A stretch of 63,833 nucleotides of DNA, filler included, from Hyphochytrium catenoides (taxonomy: Eukaryota > Protista > Hyphochytriomycota): the NCBI GenBank assembly GCA_900088475.1. It is 15 parts of 15 records of this genome, joined end to end, with 100 filler letters (N's around TTAATTAATTAA, not from the genome) between each part and the next. Parts side by side here need not be neighbours in the genome. Positions count along the whole stretch, not along the records: positions 1 to 17,824 come from FLMG01000370.1; 14 more parts are not named here. One strand, written 5' to 3'. Below, piece after piece: positions 1 to 12,300 of the stretch. How positions within the stretch are numbered: the stretch's first letter is position 1; each line of letters opens with the position of its first letter. Below the pieces are notes generated by a model. That model ran no database searches and was not told the DNA's origin. It was given only the letters and a program-made list of their open reading frames with translations. The translations under genes and the position numbers were made by a program.

Positions 1-3000
1 TGAGTCAGTGATCTTGACGGTAGAAGGGATGGAGGCGTGAGAGAGCTGAAGAGAGGAAAAAGAGAGTAGTAAAGAAGAGAGAAAGATATGTAAGGTCGTC
101 CTCTTTCTTCCCGGCTCCATAGTATTTGCTACTTTCCTTTCTGCTGATATGAAGGAAAATGGGGCTTGACACGACGAAGAGCACAGGATAGAGAGACCTG
201 CACTTGACAAAGAGAACGTAGAGATGATAGAAGATTGGAGAACAGAGATAAAGACCAGCTAGACGACAGCAGGGAGAGAGAGAGAGAGGTTTAGAGAAAG
301 GAAAGCATCAGCGGGCGCCCTTCGATTTTCTGAGTGGTAGGATTGGGAAAAGAGACCAGCGGAACAGGAAGAGGACGTCGCAAAACACTTCGCAAAGAGA
401 GATTAGCGTGGACAACAAGGTGAGGACAGCGACTCCTGGCGAGAACGGCAAGTGACAGATGACGGGAAGAGTGTAAATGGTAAGCAAAACATGTGATAGG
501 GAGAACACGTAGCGAAGAGGGAGAAGAGGAGTGAGAGAGAATGTGGAGAGAGAAAGTGTGTGTGACAGAGAGAGATAGAGATAGAGAGAGACAGAGAGAG
601 AGAGAGGAGAAGGGACCGAAAAGTGTTCGACAGAGGGAATGCACACTGAAGGTAAGATGCATGGAGGTAGAGCCAGAGCAAGAGTCTGAGTGGGTTCAGT
701 TCGATTATAAATGCTCTTAACGATGGATTAGCAGAACGTTTTCGGCTCAGGGTGGGACACATTCATCCTGTCCATATCGTTGCCTACTTTCCATACGGTG
801 AGGAGCGGCTGGTTAGGTTGGAGAGAGAGACAAAGAAAGAAGAAAGCGAAGAAAATACGGAGCGGTGACATGAGGAGTTCAAGAGGAGAGAGATTCAACG
901 TGCTTCAAGAAAGACTTTCTTCAGTGTTATTATCAGAAGAGCAGAGCAACTGTTGGGAAGAAAGAGACGTTTTCTCACATCTCCCTCCCACTCATCACCA
1001 ATGCGTCTAAGCAATATACAGCTTTCTCTCCTGTCAACCTTCTGTTCTCGACTTCCCAGACGTCTGTCCGATTCAACCATGCGTCTTGTTTGGACCGAAT
1101 CTCTTTCAATGGAAGCAGTAGCAGTGTCATGCTTCTTTCTTAGCAATCAGTTCTGACTCTCTTTTTATTGTGTGAGCTGGAAAGGATCATGCAGAGAGGA
1201 AGAGGGAGAGAAACTGCGAAAAAAGGAAGAGGAAAGCAGAGCCGGACTGAGAACAATGGCGAGACAGAGGATAAGGGAGAGAACGAGAGAGAGGGAGGGC
1301 GAGAGAGAGAGAGAGAGAGAGAGGCGGAAGGCAGCGAGACATTGAGAGGCACAAAAAGGTCAGAGAAAGGAGAGAGAAAAAGCACATAAAAAAAGGGCGG
1401 TAAAAGAGAGGAAGATAGTTCTAGTTCAATCGTAAACACTCGAGGGGAGAACATGGGAGAGCAGAAACAGAGAGAAGTAAGATAGTGCTCTTTTATAAAA
1501 AAGAGAGGAGAGAGACAGAGAGAGAGGGAGACATATAAAATATAAAGCCAGTGCAAGCCCAGAGTTTACACCTACGAGACTCTAGCGCCACTACTACAAC
1601 TATAACGGTAGTACTCTACTGTAAAACGGTAGAAGCCTCTTTTGCCTATAGAACTACGCTTTGTCGACATCCTCCTAGCCTATCCTGTATCCTGTACGGA
1701 CTGACTAGCCAACTCCTTTTAGCATAGCAGAGTCATGAAGTACCTCGACACAGGTTTGGGTCAGCCTGAGCTTGCTATCGGCCACCGAACTGCCAGAAAG
1801 GAATATGTGTGGGAGCCCTGAGCCCATCTTCAGACTTTAGCTCCGACTCGTTGTGCCTCCTTTTGTCTGAATAGAATGGGGTCGTTCCGCGCTTTTACCC
1901 GTGTTATTGTTCTCTCTCTCTCTCTCTCTTCTCTCCTGTCCTTGAATCCTTCCCTGACTCTGTCTCTTTACCTTCTTCCCTCTCTCCTCTCCTTCTGTCT
2001 CTCAATTGATTTTGTTCTATTATTTATAATAGCTCTACTATAGAACTACTCTTTTAGCCTCTTTCAGCGCTCACCTCGGTTCCTTCTCCGTTTCTTTCTG
2101 GCCCTGTTTTGGGTTCCAGTTCAACCTAGAGGAGGAGTTCTCAGCGTGATGATGATGTCTTGGCACTGTCTTGGCGCTGCGCCATCTTCTTCTCCTCCTC
2201 CGTCTCCTCCTGGCGCTATTGCCGAGGAGTTCAACGACGATTCATGTTCCCCTTTCCGATAAGGATGGTGGAGGAAGAGAGCGTGATAGAGCATCTTTAT
2301 AAAAGAGTCTCCCTAGGACTTTGTAAGCTACTTTGTAGCTCTTGTCTCTTTTCGTCTTCTTCTTCCTGGTGGGACACTGACTAGTGCTAAGTCACTGGAG
2401 AGCGTTAACCCTAAGAGAATATACGTCCGACACGTAGTACGTACTATATCTACCCAAAACATCTTCTTCTTCTTTCTCCCCTTCTTCTTCTTCTTTTGCG
2501 TTTTCTTTCTCTTCGTAGCACTATCCTATAATAAAAAGTCATAAGGTAGATGTTAACAAATAAAGACAACTGGGACGGCGATGGAGAAACACCGCGGCAC
2601 AGTCTCTGGCAAGGACAGTGAGAGGAACAGGAGGAAACAGTTCTAAAGTACTCCGTAGTAGAATAGGAAAACAAGAAGCAGTGATGATTCTAGAGGGCAA
2701 GCAAGACACAACTGCACGCAGAAAAGCACGAGAATGAGGGGTCGCTTCTTCAGCACAGCAAGGACAACACACATCAGCTTGGAGAAGAAAGTGGGAGGAG
2801 GTAACAGATAGGCAGATAGACGTCGTAACGTCGTACGGTCCAGGGCAAAGACGATATGACTGCTGTTCTTGCTGGTCGTGGAGCAGGGCAACAACCCAGG
2901 AAGTAAGGGCCCCATGGTAGATGTTCCACTAGTTAGCTTCTCTAGTTATATAATGTTGCTGCTCTGATTGAGATGTTCCCGATGTTCCGGTTCTTCCTTC

Positions 3001-3939
3001 TTCGTCCTCACCTAAGTGTCGTCGGTCATACACCTGTGGCAGCCTGTCTGAGATGACCTCTCCTCGTATCTATCTGCTACGATATGACACTCTCCTGACC
3101 CCTCTCCTCATTCCACCGTGGAAAGCTTGACCTAGGATTTGTTAATGAGAGAATCTAAGTGGAAAGTTTCTTTCATCCATAATAGGTGCTGTCGAGCTAC
3201 CCTACCTGAGCGCCAGGCAGCAGGGAAGTCATCAAGCCAATGTCTCTTCAAAAGCACCTGATCAGAATAGTGGTGCATCATTTTGCATAGTATGTATGGG
3301 CTGAGTGCCATAATACCAAATGCTTCCTTTATTAAAAATGAATTAGCCCTTGGCCCTTTATTCTCCGCTTCTGCTTCCTCTTATTTTTTCTTCTTCTCCT
3401 CTTTCTCCTCAAGTTCCGGCCGTCTCTGCCTCTTTCGTTTGTCCTGTTGCGGTTCGAGAGGAGGATCAAGACTTCTTCCTATCACGCGTTAGTGGTGAGG
3501 AAGGTGAATAACGCCTTCCTTCTTCAGTGGGCTCCCGCAGCACCCGCGTCCTGTCAATCCTCCCGGACCGCCACTTATTATGGTGGCCGGGTGAGCTCCC
3601 TCATCATGCTTCTTTGCTCTCTTTCTCATTCTCTTTATTTCAGGACTACTAGTTCCTTTCTCTTGTTCCTCTTCTTTTTCGTAGTACGCATTTTTCACAT
3701 TTCTTCTTCTCTTTATAGTATACAAAAACAGTAGTAGACACAGCCTACAACCTCACTCTTCTTGTTATCAACAAGCAGGGCAGCTGTTACAGCCTAGTCA
3801 CTGCTGGATTTTTGCTCGTTTACATAAAGCCGAAGAGTTCAACTATGATTCTTCTTCCTTTTCCGACAATGATTGTGGAGGAGGAGAGTGTGCTAAAGAA
3901 GAGTCCAGGACTTTTGTGGCTATCGTCTCATCTTCAATC

Positions 3940-4088
3940 TCTTCCTTCTTCTCCTCCTCCTCCTCCTTCTTCTGCTTCTTCTTCTTCTTTCTCCTTCTCC
4001 TTCTACTTCTTCTTCTTCTCCTCCTTCTTCTTCTCCTTCTTCTCCTCCTCCTCCTTCCCCCCTCCTCCTCCTTCTTCTTCTTCTTCTT
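3940..4088. repeat. (CTT/CCT)n trinucleotide microsatellite
   Basis: Directly visible; it produces the poly-S/F, poly-L and poly-R/K/E spurious ORFs. Confidence 0.95.
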
Positions 4089-4331
4089 TAACTTCTTCAT
4101 AGAAGTTATCTTTAGAAGTATTACTCAAGAATTATTTGTACATCTAGTCTATCCTTTACCATACAGTACCATACTGTAATAAGGCCTTGGGTGTAATGTA
4201 GCACTAATCTTCCTTGTCCGGTGCAGGACAGAACAGTAGTAGAACTAGGATGAGAGCGAACTAAAGGTGGACGGGCTATTTTAGCCCAGCCGGTTTGGGT
4301 ACTTTGGGGTAGAATAGTTATTTTGGGAAGA

Positions 4332-4462
4332 GTGATGTAATGAGCCTTTCCTCAATTAGCATGAACTGCCGGACATTCTAGTCTCCGCTAATTTCGTGAT
4401 GTAATGAGCCTTTCCTCAATTAGCATGAACTGCCGGACATTCTAGTCTCCGCTAATTTCGTG
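4332..4462. repeat. Perfect 64-bp tandem duplication
   Basis: GTGATGTAATGAGCCTTTCCTCAATTAGCATGAACTGCCGGACATTCTAGTCTCCGCTAATTTC occurs at 4332-4395 and 4396-4459, followed by GTG. Confidence 0.95.
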
Positions 4463-4864
4463 CCGATTGGGGAGGTTGTACTACCGTTTTACCAAGTGCA
4501 CAAGTACAAGTACCTGTATTACTACTACTTAGGGAGCAGTTCGTACTTGCCATCTCGTCTTCGGCTGTCCCCTCCCAGCACTATCTTAGGCGGTTCTCTA
4601 GGTATCTTAGGGAAGACTACACAGCGCACTGATCAGCAGGTAGAACCCCAACCTCGGCGATGTGCGGACTTTACGTTTTAACCCTTCTTTCTCTCTCTCT
4701 CTCTCTCTCTGACGTTCACTTTCCCTCCTTCTCTTCCCTCTCCCTAGCTTTCTGCTTGTTTTTCTCTCTCTCTTCTGCATGCGATGCTACCTTCTTTACT
4801 GTACATGTATTCTAAAGCCCCTAGTCCGAATCTTTTGTTCGGCTGGGAAGACAGCAGATCTTAG

Positions 4865-4921
<57 letters not shown>

Positions 4922-5510
4922 TCACACAAACATTCTTCCACTCAAAACCATGTATTTACTTTCACTGTTAGAACTATTGTCTATTACTGATCACAGAAAG
5001 TAGGGAACAGATCAGTGCTCGCGTTCTCCTTCTTTCATCCTTCTAACGCTTAACCCTCGCTGATGAAGGTCTCTCTCTCTGTTTCCCTCTCTCTTTTCCA
5101 AGCTCCTCTCTCTTCTCTACCAGCCATACAAGATCAGAATGTCGATCAGAACAGCTAAGAATCCGGCAAAATATGCTTCCTTAGGTTCAACTGTTATTTA
5201 CCTTCGAGTGCTTCTCTTGCAGACCACCAGAATCGGAGCTTCGGTCCCTAACGCACCCAGGCTTCGCTCCCTATGCACTCTTACTCTCTCTCGCGTCCCA
5301 AACCTATTCCTCTTCATTATCCTAACCCTGATAATGGCTCTTCATACGATCTAGAGAAGAGCCAAGCGCCGCTCCGGTCCCACGATGTGAATGTCTAGAG
5401 AAGCTCAGCTCCCAGCTTCCTATTCTACCCATCTCAAGATAGAATTAGCTCTCTCTGTCTCTCTCTCTCTCCTCCTCTCTCTCTCGCTTCTCTCTCTCTC
5501 TCTCCTCATC

Positions 5511-5541
<31 letters not shown>

Positions 5542-6532
5542 CTCTTTCTCTCTCTCCCCACATTCCCCTTGGCCTCTCCTAAACTCCCCAGGCCTGCTCC
5601 TCTGTTCCTCTGATGTCGTCCTCATCTCTCTATCTCTTTCCCCTGCTTGGTTTGAAGTTCTTGTTCTCTCGCCCTTTACTTCTTCTGAAATGTTCTTCTC
5701 CTCCTTCTGCCAATCACATGGGCTTCTCATTCCTACTCTTGCCCGTCTGTCTCTTTCTATCCTCCTCTTCGGATCGCCTCTCTTTCTACCTGGTCATCTT
5801 TCATTTCTTTCCTTTCCCTATCCATCGTTCTTTCGTTTCTTCTCTCTCTTGCGGTTCTTCTCAATGTTCTTCTTTTCCCTGTTTCTCTCTTTTCTCATTG
5901 TAGTCGAAAGTCAGCAGTACTGCCAACCCTGTAACTCCCTCTGCGAGAGACCAACGACTTCTCTTTCTCACTTTCTTTCACGTTCTTGAGTTGTCGTCTT
6001 GCCTCAATGTCCCTCATTCTTGCGCTCTCTCTCTCTATGACGGACACATCCCGCAAGCCATTGTGCCGTCGCGCAGTCTGAAGCCTCCGATCCGTGATCT
6101 CGCTGCAAAGATAACGTGACAACGGAAGGGAGAGAGAAGACTCATCACTGTTGGTCTTCCGTACTCTTTAACCTTGCCCACTTCATTCATCAAAGCTCAT
6201 CTGGTTCTTCTCTTCTCTCTCCCATTTTTCTCTATCTCTCTGGCGGCATTGACCGTTCTCGAAAGCTGTGAAGGAGAGCAGGAGCCTCTCATTATCCTCT
6301 TTCTCAAACCTCCTACTTGTGGCTGCTTTCCTAACTAGAGCTCGTGGACCAGACAGGGAGAGCAAGTTACAGCGTCCGTTCCTCTTCCTGGCTGGTCTTT
6401 CCCTTCTCTTCTTTTGAAAGTAAAGCTTCTTGGAAAGACCCGGCCGCAGCCTCTCGTCTCCCTGCGTACAGGGCTGGGAAAGTAGCCTCAGAGGCTAACA
6501 CTGAGCCCAACCTTAATTCTCTCCCTCTCTCT

Positions 6533-6586
6533 CTCTCTTGTCTTCTCTTGTCTTCTCTTGTCTTCTCTTGTCTTCTCTTGTCTTCC
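6533..6586. repeat. 10-bp tandem repeat (TCTTCTCTTG)n just upstream of the ankyrin gene
   Basis: Four exact units plus partial flanking units, directly visible. Confidence 0.9.
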
Positions 6587-6616
6587 TGTTAATTTCCTTT
6601 CTCTTATCTACAAGCT

Positions 6617-8239
6617 ATGAGGAGAGTCACGGGAAAGGGAAAGCAGAAGGCTGCCAAAGGGCCTCTTCTCCCTTCCTCTCTCTGCTCAGCCCCTGCGCCA
6701 CTGGAGGGTAAGGCGGGAGGAAAGAGAAAGCGCAGCGATATATCAAAGAAAGATCAAACAGAGGAAAATGGGAAAAGAGAAAAAGAGTTCAAGGCTTGCT
6801 CTCTCTCTTCGATAAAGGAGGAAGAGAAGAAGAAAGGAGGCAACGATGGAGTTAGCAGCAAGCTTCTCCTGTCTTCAGTGTTAGGAGAGAAGACTAGTGA
6901 TAAGACAGAGGCCTCACACCCTTCTTCTCTTGCTTCTGCTAGCACAGTGCTGAAGGAAAAGAGAGAGAGAACGACTCTCTCTTCTTCATCTTCTTCTTCT
7001 CTCTCTCTCCGACTCCACCCTTTCTCCTCCTCTTTCTCTTCCTCCAACTCTCTTTCTCTCCCATCCAAGGCAACCCTTCCTAAAGCCCTTTTTGATCGTG
7101 TGGGGCAGCTTACCGGCCGCACCTCCACACTTTTTGAATATCTTCAAAGCTTTCAGGAAGGGCAGACGTTCGGAGATTGGCGAAATGGCGATTATGCAGC
7201 CAGACAAGGGCATCTCTCTCTCATGAAGCTTCATCCGAAACTAGAGTACTCGCCCATGGCCATGGACTATGCGGCACAAAGCGGACGCCTCGATGTGGTT
7301 CAATGGCTGCACGAAAATAGATCAGAAGGCTGCACGCCTTACGCTATGGACGCCGCGGCCGCGCAGGCTCATCTTCCCGTCTTAGAGTACTTGCACAGCA
7401 TCGGGAAGCGCTGCACAGTTGCCGCTATGGATATTGCTGCTCAACGAGGACATATGGAGATTCTCCGCTGGTTGCACCAGCATCGGACAGAAGGATGCAG
7501 TCATATTGCCATGGATTACGCGGCCCAGATGGGACACTTGGACATCGTGAAGTGGCTCCATGAGCTAGGGAAGCCTTGTACAACCTGGGCCTTTGACGCT
7601 CCTGCAGGCAGCGGACATCTCCGTGTGATCCAATGGCTCGCCGCTAACCGAACCGAGGGCTTTACTCATTGGGCGGTAGACGAGGCAGCCAAGAACGGGC
7701 ATCTCCATGTCATAGAGTGGCTGCATGAGAAGGGCGTACGAGGCACCTCCGAGGCCGTGGACTGGGCGGCAGGAAGCGGACGATTGGAGGTGCTTCAATG
7801 GCTAGACGAGAACGGTTATGACGAGTGCTCGACAGAGGCCATGGACAGAGCGGCGGAGAACGGGCATCTGGATGTCGTGGTGTGGCTACATCTAAGGAAG
7901 AGAGCAAAGTGCACAGTGACTGCAATGAATATGGCAGCTGCCAATGGCCATCTGGATGTTGTCCAATGGCTTCACGCCAATCGGAGAGAGGGCTGTACCT
8001 TCTTAGCTATGGACATGGCAGCTGCCAATGGCTATCTAGAAGTCTGTCAGTGGCTGCATGAGCATCGGACAGAAGGATGCACAGAACACGCCTTAATGTT
8101 TGCTATGGAGTACGGCCACACAGCCATTGCCGAGTGGCTCATAACGAACCGTCCAGAAGTAATGTTGGCAGCGCAAGGCGCAGGCCGAGGAGAAGAAGAA
8201 GGAGAGGCAGCAGGAGGCAATCCTAACAGTATCTTCTAA
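6617..8239 (+). CDS. Ankyrin-repeat protein (oomycete/chytrid-type short repeats), 540 aa, low-complexity N-terminus
   Basis: Single ORF with about 13 repeats of the form AMDxAAxxGHLxVVxWLHxxRxEGCT. Confidence 0.92.
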   Translation: MRRVTGKGKQKAAKGPLLPSSLCSAPAPLEGKAGGKRKRSDISKKDQTEENGKREKEFKACSLSSIKEEEKKKGGNDGVSSKLLLSSVLGEKTSDKTEASHPSSLASASTVLKEKRERTTLSSSSSSSLSLRLHPFSSSFSSSNSLSLPSKATLPKALFDRVGQLTGRTSTLFEYLQSFQEGQTFGDWRNGDYAARQGHLSLMKLHPKLEYSPMAMDYAAQSGRLDVVQWLHENRSEGCTPYAMDAAAAQAHLPVLEYLHSIGKRCTVAAMDIAAQRGHMEILRWLHQHRTEGCSHIAMDYAAQMGHLDIVKWLHELGKPCTTWAFDAPAGSGHLRVIQWLAANRTEGFTHWAVDEAAKNGHLHVIEWLHEKGVRGTSEAVDWAAGSGRLEVLQWLDENGYDECSTEAMDRAAENGHLDVVVWLHLRKRAKCTVTAMNMAAANGHLDVVQWLHANRREGCTFLAMDMAAANGYLEVCQWLHEHRTEGCTEHALMFAMEYGHTAIAEWLITNRPEVMLAAQGAGRGEEEGEAAGGNPNSIF

Positions 8240-8554
8240 TCGTCAAATGCTGGGCGGGAAGCAGGTGGAAGAAGCGGTTCAACAGGCAAAGAGAAGAAAG
8301 ACAAAAACAGAAAGCGACAGAGGGAGGTCGAGGCCAGTCCTTTCTGCTCGCCGCTGAGCTTTGCTGCCCTCAGCCTCTGTACAGAGAAAGGAGTCGCGCA
8401 AGTCCGCTTCCCTCTCTTGCACTACCTCTAACTACCGCCTCGCGTGCGCCATCTATAAACTATCTCTCTCACTTTCTAACTGTTCAACTCAGTCTTCTCC
8501 CTCGCTTTTTTCTTTCTTCTCCTCTCATTCCACATTGCGTTGCAATGTCTAAGA

Positions 8555-8610
<56 letters not shown>

Positions 8611-9384
8611 ACCAGCTCATACCATACCTTTTCCTCTATCCTATTTTGCCTTCACTATTTATAGAAACATCCCGCTCCAAGCAAGGAGCGACGTAGCGCC
8701 TCATTATTTTATAAAATGCAACCCATAAATATTAAAGAAGTTAACACTCTGCAGAGTGAAGATGTGGATCTTTCTTCACCTTCTCCGGCTGATGTGAGCT
8801 CGGCTCCGATTAATTCCCTTGCGTCTGAGGCGATCATTCTCTGGAGTGAGAGGACTCATGGCCTTGTCATCTTTCTCTCTCTCTTCCTTTCTCTCTCTCT
8901 CTCTCTCTCCCCCTCTCTTCTTTCTTCCCCTATTATTGAAAGTTGTCTGTCTCTGGGCCTTCTTTGTTGTCGCCATATGAACAAACATGTCTTCTGAAGC
9001 GAGAGAGAAAGAGAGAACCTGAAGGTGGTGAAACAGTAAGGAAAGACCGACACGGAAGAGAAGAGCGAAACAACAGGAGGAAATGAGAGAGACCGCCCGC
9101 GAGAGAGAGACACACAAGAGACAGACGAGAGATTACTAGGACCAAGCGTAATCATATGATTAGAGCAAAGAAGTCTCTATTTTTATCTTTCATAAGAAAA
9201 GAAATGCAGGCTGCTAACTAACATCAGTTTACCTAGCAGCTATTGGGTTTTCCACCTTACAGCGTGTCTCTTCTCTTATTACTCTCTTTTCGTCTCTCTC
9301 CTGCTTTCAATAAGCTCACAGTCTCCTCGCAAGTTCTGGGTTGAAAAGCATGAAAAGACATCCATGTCACCGGCAGCCGCTCAG

Positions 9385-12300
9385 TTAATGAAAGCATGTC
9401 TTCTTGAAGTATCCCCTTGCCAGCAGCCAGCACCCCGGTACAGTTGCCCACCACCAGGCACCAAAGAGAACGGAGAGAACCGTCCAAAGCATCTCAAATG
9501 CTGGAACGACGAGGTGTTCCGAAACACTTGCCGAGAACTGGGACAGTAACTCACGCTGAGAGGAAGAGAGAAAAAAAGAGAAGAAGAGAAACCGATGCCA
9601 GGCATAATACACATAGGGAATGGAGTCCGCCAAGAGAAGACCGCCTAATGTGGGGTACAGGGCAGCGAAATTGGAGCAGACTACGCCATTTACGATCTGC
9701 AAATAAGACGCAAGGGTGAATGCGTGGGTTAGGTGCCTCCCATCATGGCAATGCGGAGAAACGAAGACAGAGGAAGGGCAACAACACGCACCACCGAGAG
9801 AGAGAAGAAAGCCACGATAAGCTTGCCCACCAATACGGAAAAGTAAATCGAGCGATAAGTAAGAAAACAGACGCGGAAGGAGACAAACAAGGGGAACACG
9901 CTGACTGAGAGCAAGAAGGGCCACAGCTGCAGCAGAAAGAACGGAATGAAAAAACAAAACCAGAGAAAAGGGAAATACTAACGGCCTCCTTACCAGATTA
10001 CCGTCCATGGTGTAGAGGTTTACAAGCGACACCTTCTCTTTTTCCTCCGATACCCGGCGCACCACTGCCCGAAGGGTAATCTGATGCTGATATGGGATGA
10101 GGAGCACGGGTTAATACTGCTTGAAGAAGATTTGGGCCTTTGTTTTGTTAGGCAGCCGGGATCTGTCCGCAGACACATTTCCTCTGTCTTCGTTGAGCAT
10201 TGTTCATCTCTTTTCTCTCTGGCTCTCTTCCTTGTACCAGCCTCTGTTCCCTGCCTCGCTCGTCTGTCCAGCTCTACATTTGTGTCCATGTCCAAACTGC
10301 AAAAGTAATAACCTAAATATTCGCCAAAAAGCTTCTTTAAACTAACGCTGGCCCCAGTTCCCGCTTACCATGGAAGAATAGTACAGGACTTCGTCTCCTG
10401 ATGTGAGAGAACTTGCCGGTACAGCTACTGCATCTTCCTTCCCTCGCCAAGGATGCGGTGCCGAATTGCCAACGGCTTGATAGAGAAGATGCTCAGGTGT
10501 CAACCGCAGGGTGATAATTTCTACGCAAGAGCCGTCTTGACCCTCAGATCCCGGACAAGCATCAACAACCTGCAGCTCAACGCTGAAAGTGTGCCAAAAA
10601 AATGGGAGCATCGTTAAAATCCAACAGTGGGGGCTCTCGCTCCCTGGTGCCGTATGCTGATACAACTTCATGACAAGCCGACAGGCTTGGTATAGCGAGA
10701 AGACAATTGCCAAACTCACTCTGGTGACCAAGCAGGAGATCAAAGGCTTGTTTGATGTGAAAGACGACGCTAAGTCAGAGAAGAAACTGCAGCACTTGAG
10801 ACGAAGAGCACTCCAAAGTTGAAGGAACTGGTCAAGGGCGTACCTTAGCAGAGTATTAATTGACCCGCTATCGCCATTATGAACCTGCTTGTGATAGACC
10901 TGGGTCCAGCCCAACACTCCTGACCGACGAGAAGTTAATAGGAAAGTAGGAGCAGAAGCCATTAAAACAGTTGAAAAGTGGATGGATCGACAGGAAGGAA
11001 AGAAGAAGCTTAACGGTAGTAAAAGGATTACTACAAGAAGCACTCAAAGAAAAGTGGTCCCCAGCATCATTAGCGTATGTCATCCTCCAAGCCTCGAGCA
11101 AGACACCACCCTCTCAGGGAACACATAAACAGATAAGGAGACACAGCTATAAAATTCTTGCAACCGAGAAGACTCTCTTAGCAAGAAGAGGGCAGGATAT
11201 TGGCCAGCACTGTGCCCATCACAATGTCAAACATACAAAAGAACAGATAAAAAATGAGTGGGGGATGAGGGTTAGCGGAGAGGGTAAGCGACCAGCGCGC
11301 ACCTGAAGCCGAGGAAGACAGCACATAGTCACCAAGAGAGACGTCGACAATCTTCTTTCTTTCGCCTCCAAGCAAAATCACCCGAGAATCCTCCGCGAAA
11401 CACCTAGCTGGGAAAGCACCATGGTAAGCATAATAGGGACCACTGTTCAATCGAGACACAAAGTGCAGGCCAAACAGAGAGAAAAATGCAAGATCAGATC
11501 CTGAGCGCTCCAGCAGATATCGAAACAGACAAATTATAAATGATGTTCTCGCTTGTATCTTCCCATTCCCTGAACTGCCCTCTCTTTCTCCCGGTGGAAA
11601 CCCCCTGCATCAGCCCTCGTATCCCGCTTCTGTTCAACAATCTCTCGCCTACTGAGCACGTCGAAAATGTACCAGTCCTAAATCACAAAGGCCCAGAACG
11701 TGGCACGTAGAGAAAGAATTCGGCATAAACGCGATTCAGGTTCGCAACATACGAGGGGGAGGAGGATCCGTGGGCTGTGGCCGTGGTCCATCATAAGTTA
11801 GATTCGCTTGTCCGTCATATATACCACCATGATACCCACAGTACCAAGGTTTGTCTTCTCCGCAGTAGCCCCACTTTGAGCAACAAAACGTGGCCTTACA
11901 TGCGCGCCACTCATAATGCGACCCACATCTGTCATTCGTGGTAAAACGATATCCAGCCCAGTTCACAGGTTCACGGGGCGGTGATCCATTGTATTTGCTA
12001 TATGGATCCTTGCTACATCCTTCAGGCGGTGCGGGCTCACAAGCATCATTATAACTACTGCAGCAATGGTTCATGGGATCGCATTTGTCGACGGAGTTAG
12101 CATTATCCAAGGTTGATGAAAGCATGCAGTACTCCTTGTCTGCTGAAGAAGGGCCGCCGAAGAGATTTCCAACGCCATATTGACGATAAGCCACACCAGA
12201 AGACAACTGAGTAAAGTATAGAAGGCAGTCTTCGAACAGAAAGTTTCTGTAGCTCTCTAAGGCGTGATATTCAGTTTTCCGAGTATTCGACAGCTTGGTC

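Larger units (their letters stand above)
1557..4700. mobile_element. Decayed, TpA-enriched repeat/transposon-like relic region
   Basis: Largely complex, non-microsatellite sequence with no intact long ORF. It contains an internal diverged duplication (2225-2345 vs 3830-3930) and a strong excess of TA dinucleotides. The element family is not recognisable. Confidence 0.4.

Noticed and set aside
1-1150. Possible minus-strand exons at the window start
   Set aside because: No recognisable motifs and no consistent spliced frame could be built.
4332-4462. CRISPR-like direct repeat
   Set aside because: Two adjacent 64-bp copies with no spacer, no cas genes and a eukaryotic context.
5040-5340. TAACCC-like telomeric words and a CTGATGA hammerhead-like core
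   Set aside because: The words are scattered single matches; there is no tandem array and no GAAA or stem arrangement.
9385-11407. A true protein-splicing intein or a hedgehog gene
   Set aside because: The +1 residue after Asn is Phe rather than C/S/T, there is no homing endonuclease or split host protein, and there is no Hedge signalling domain.
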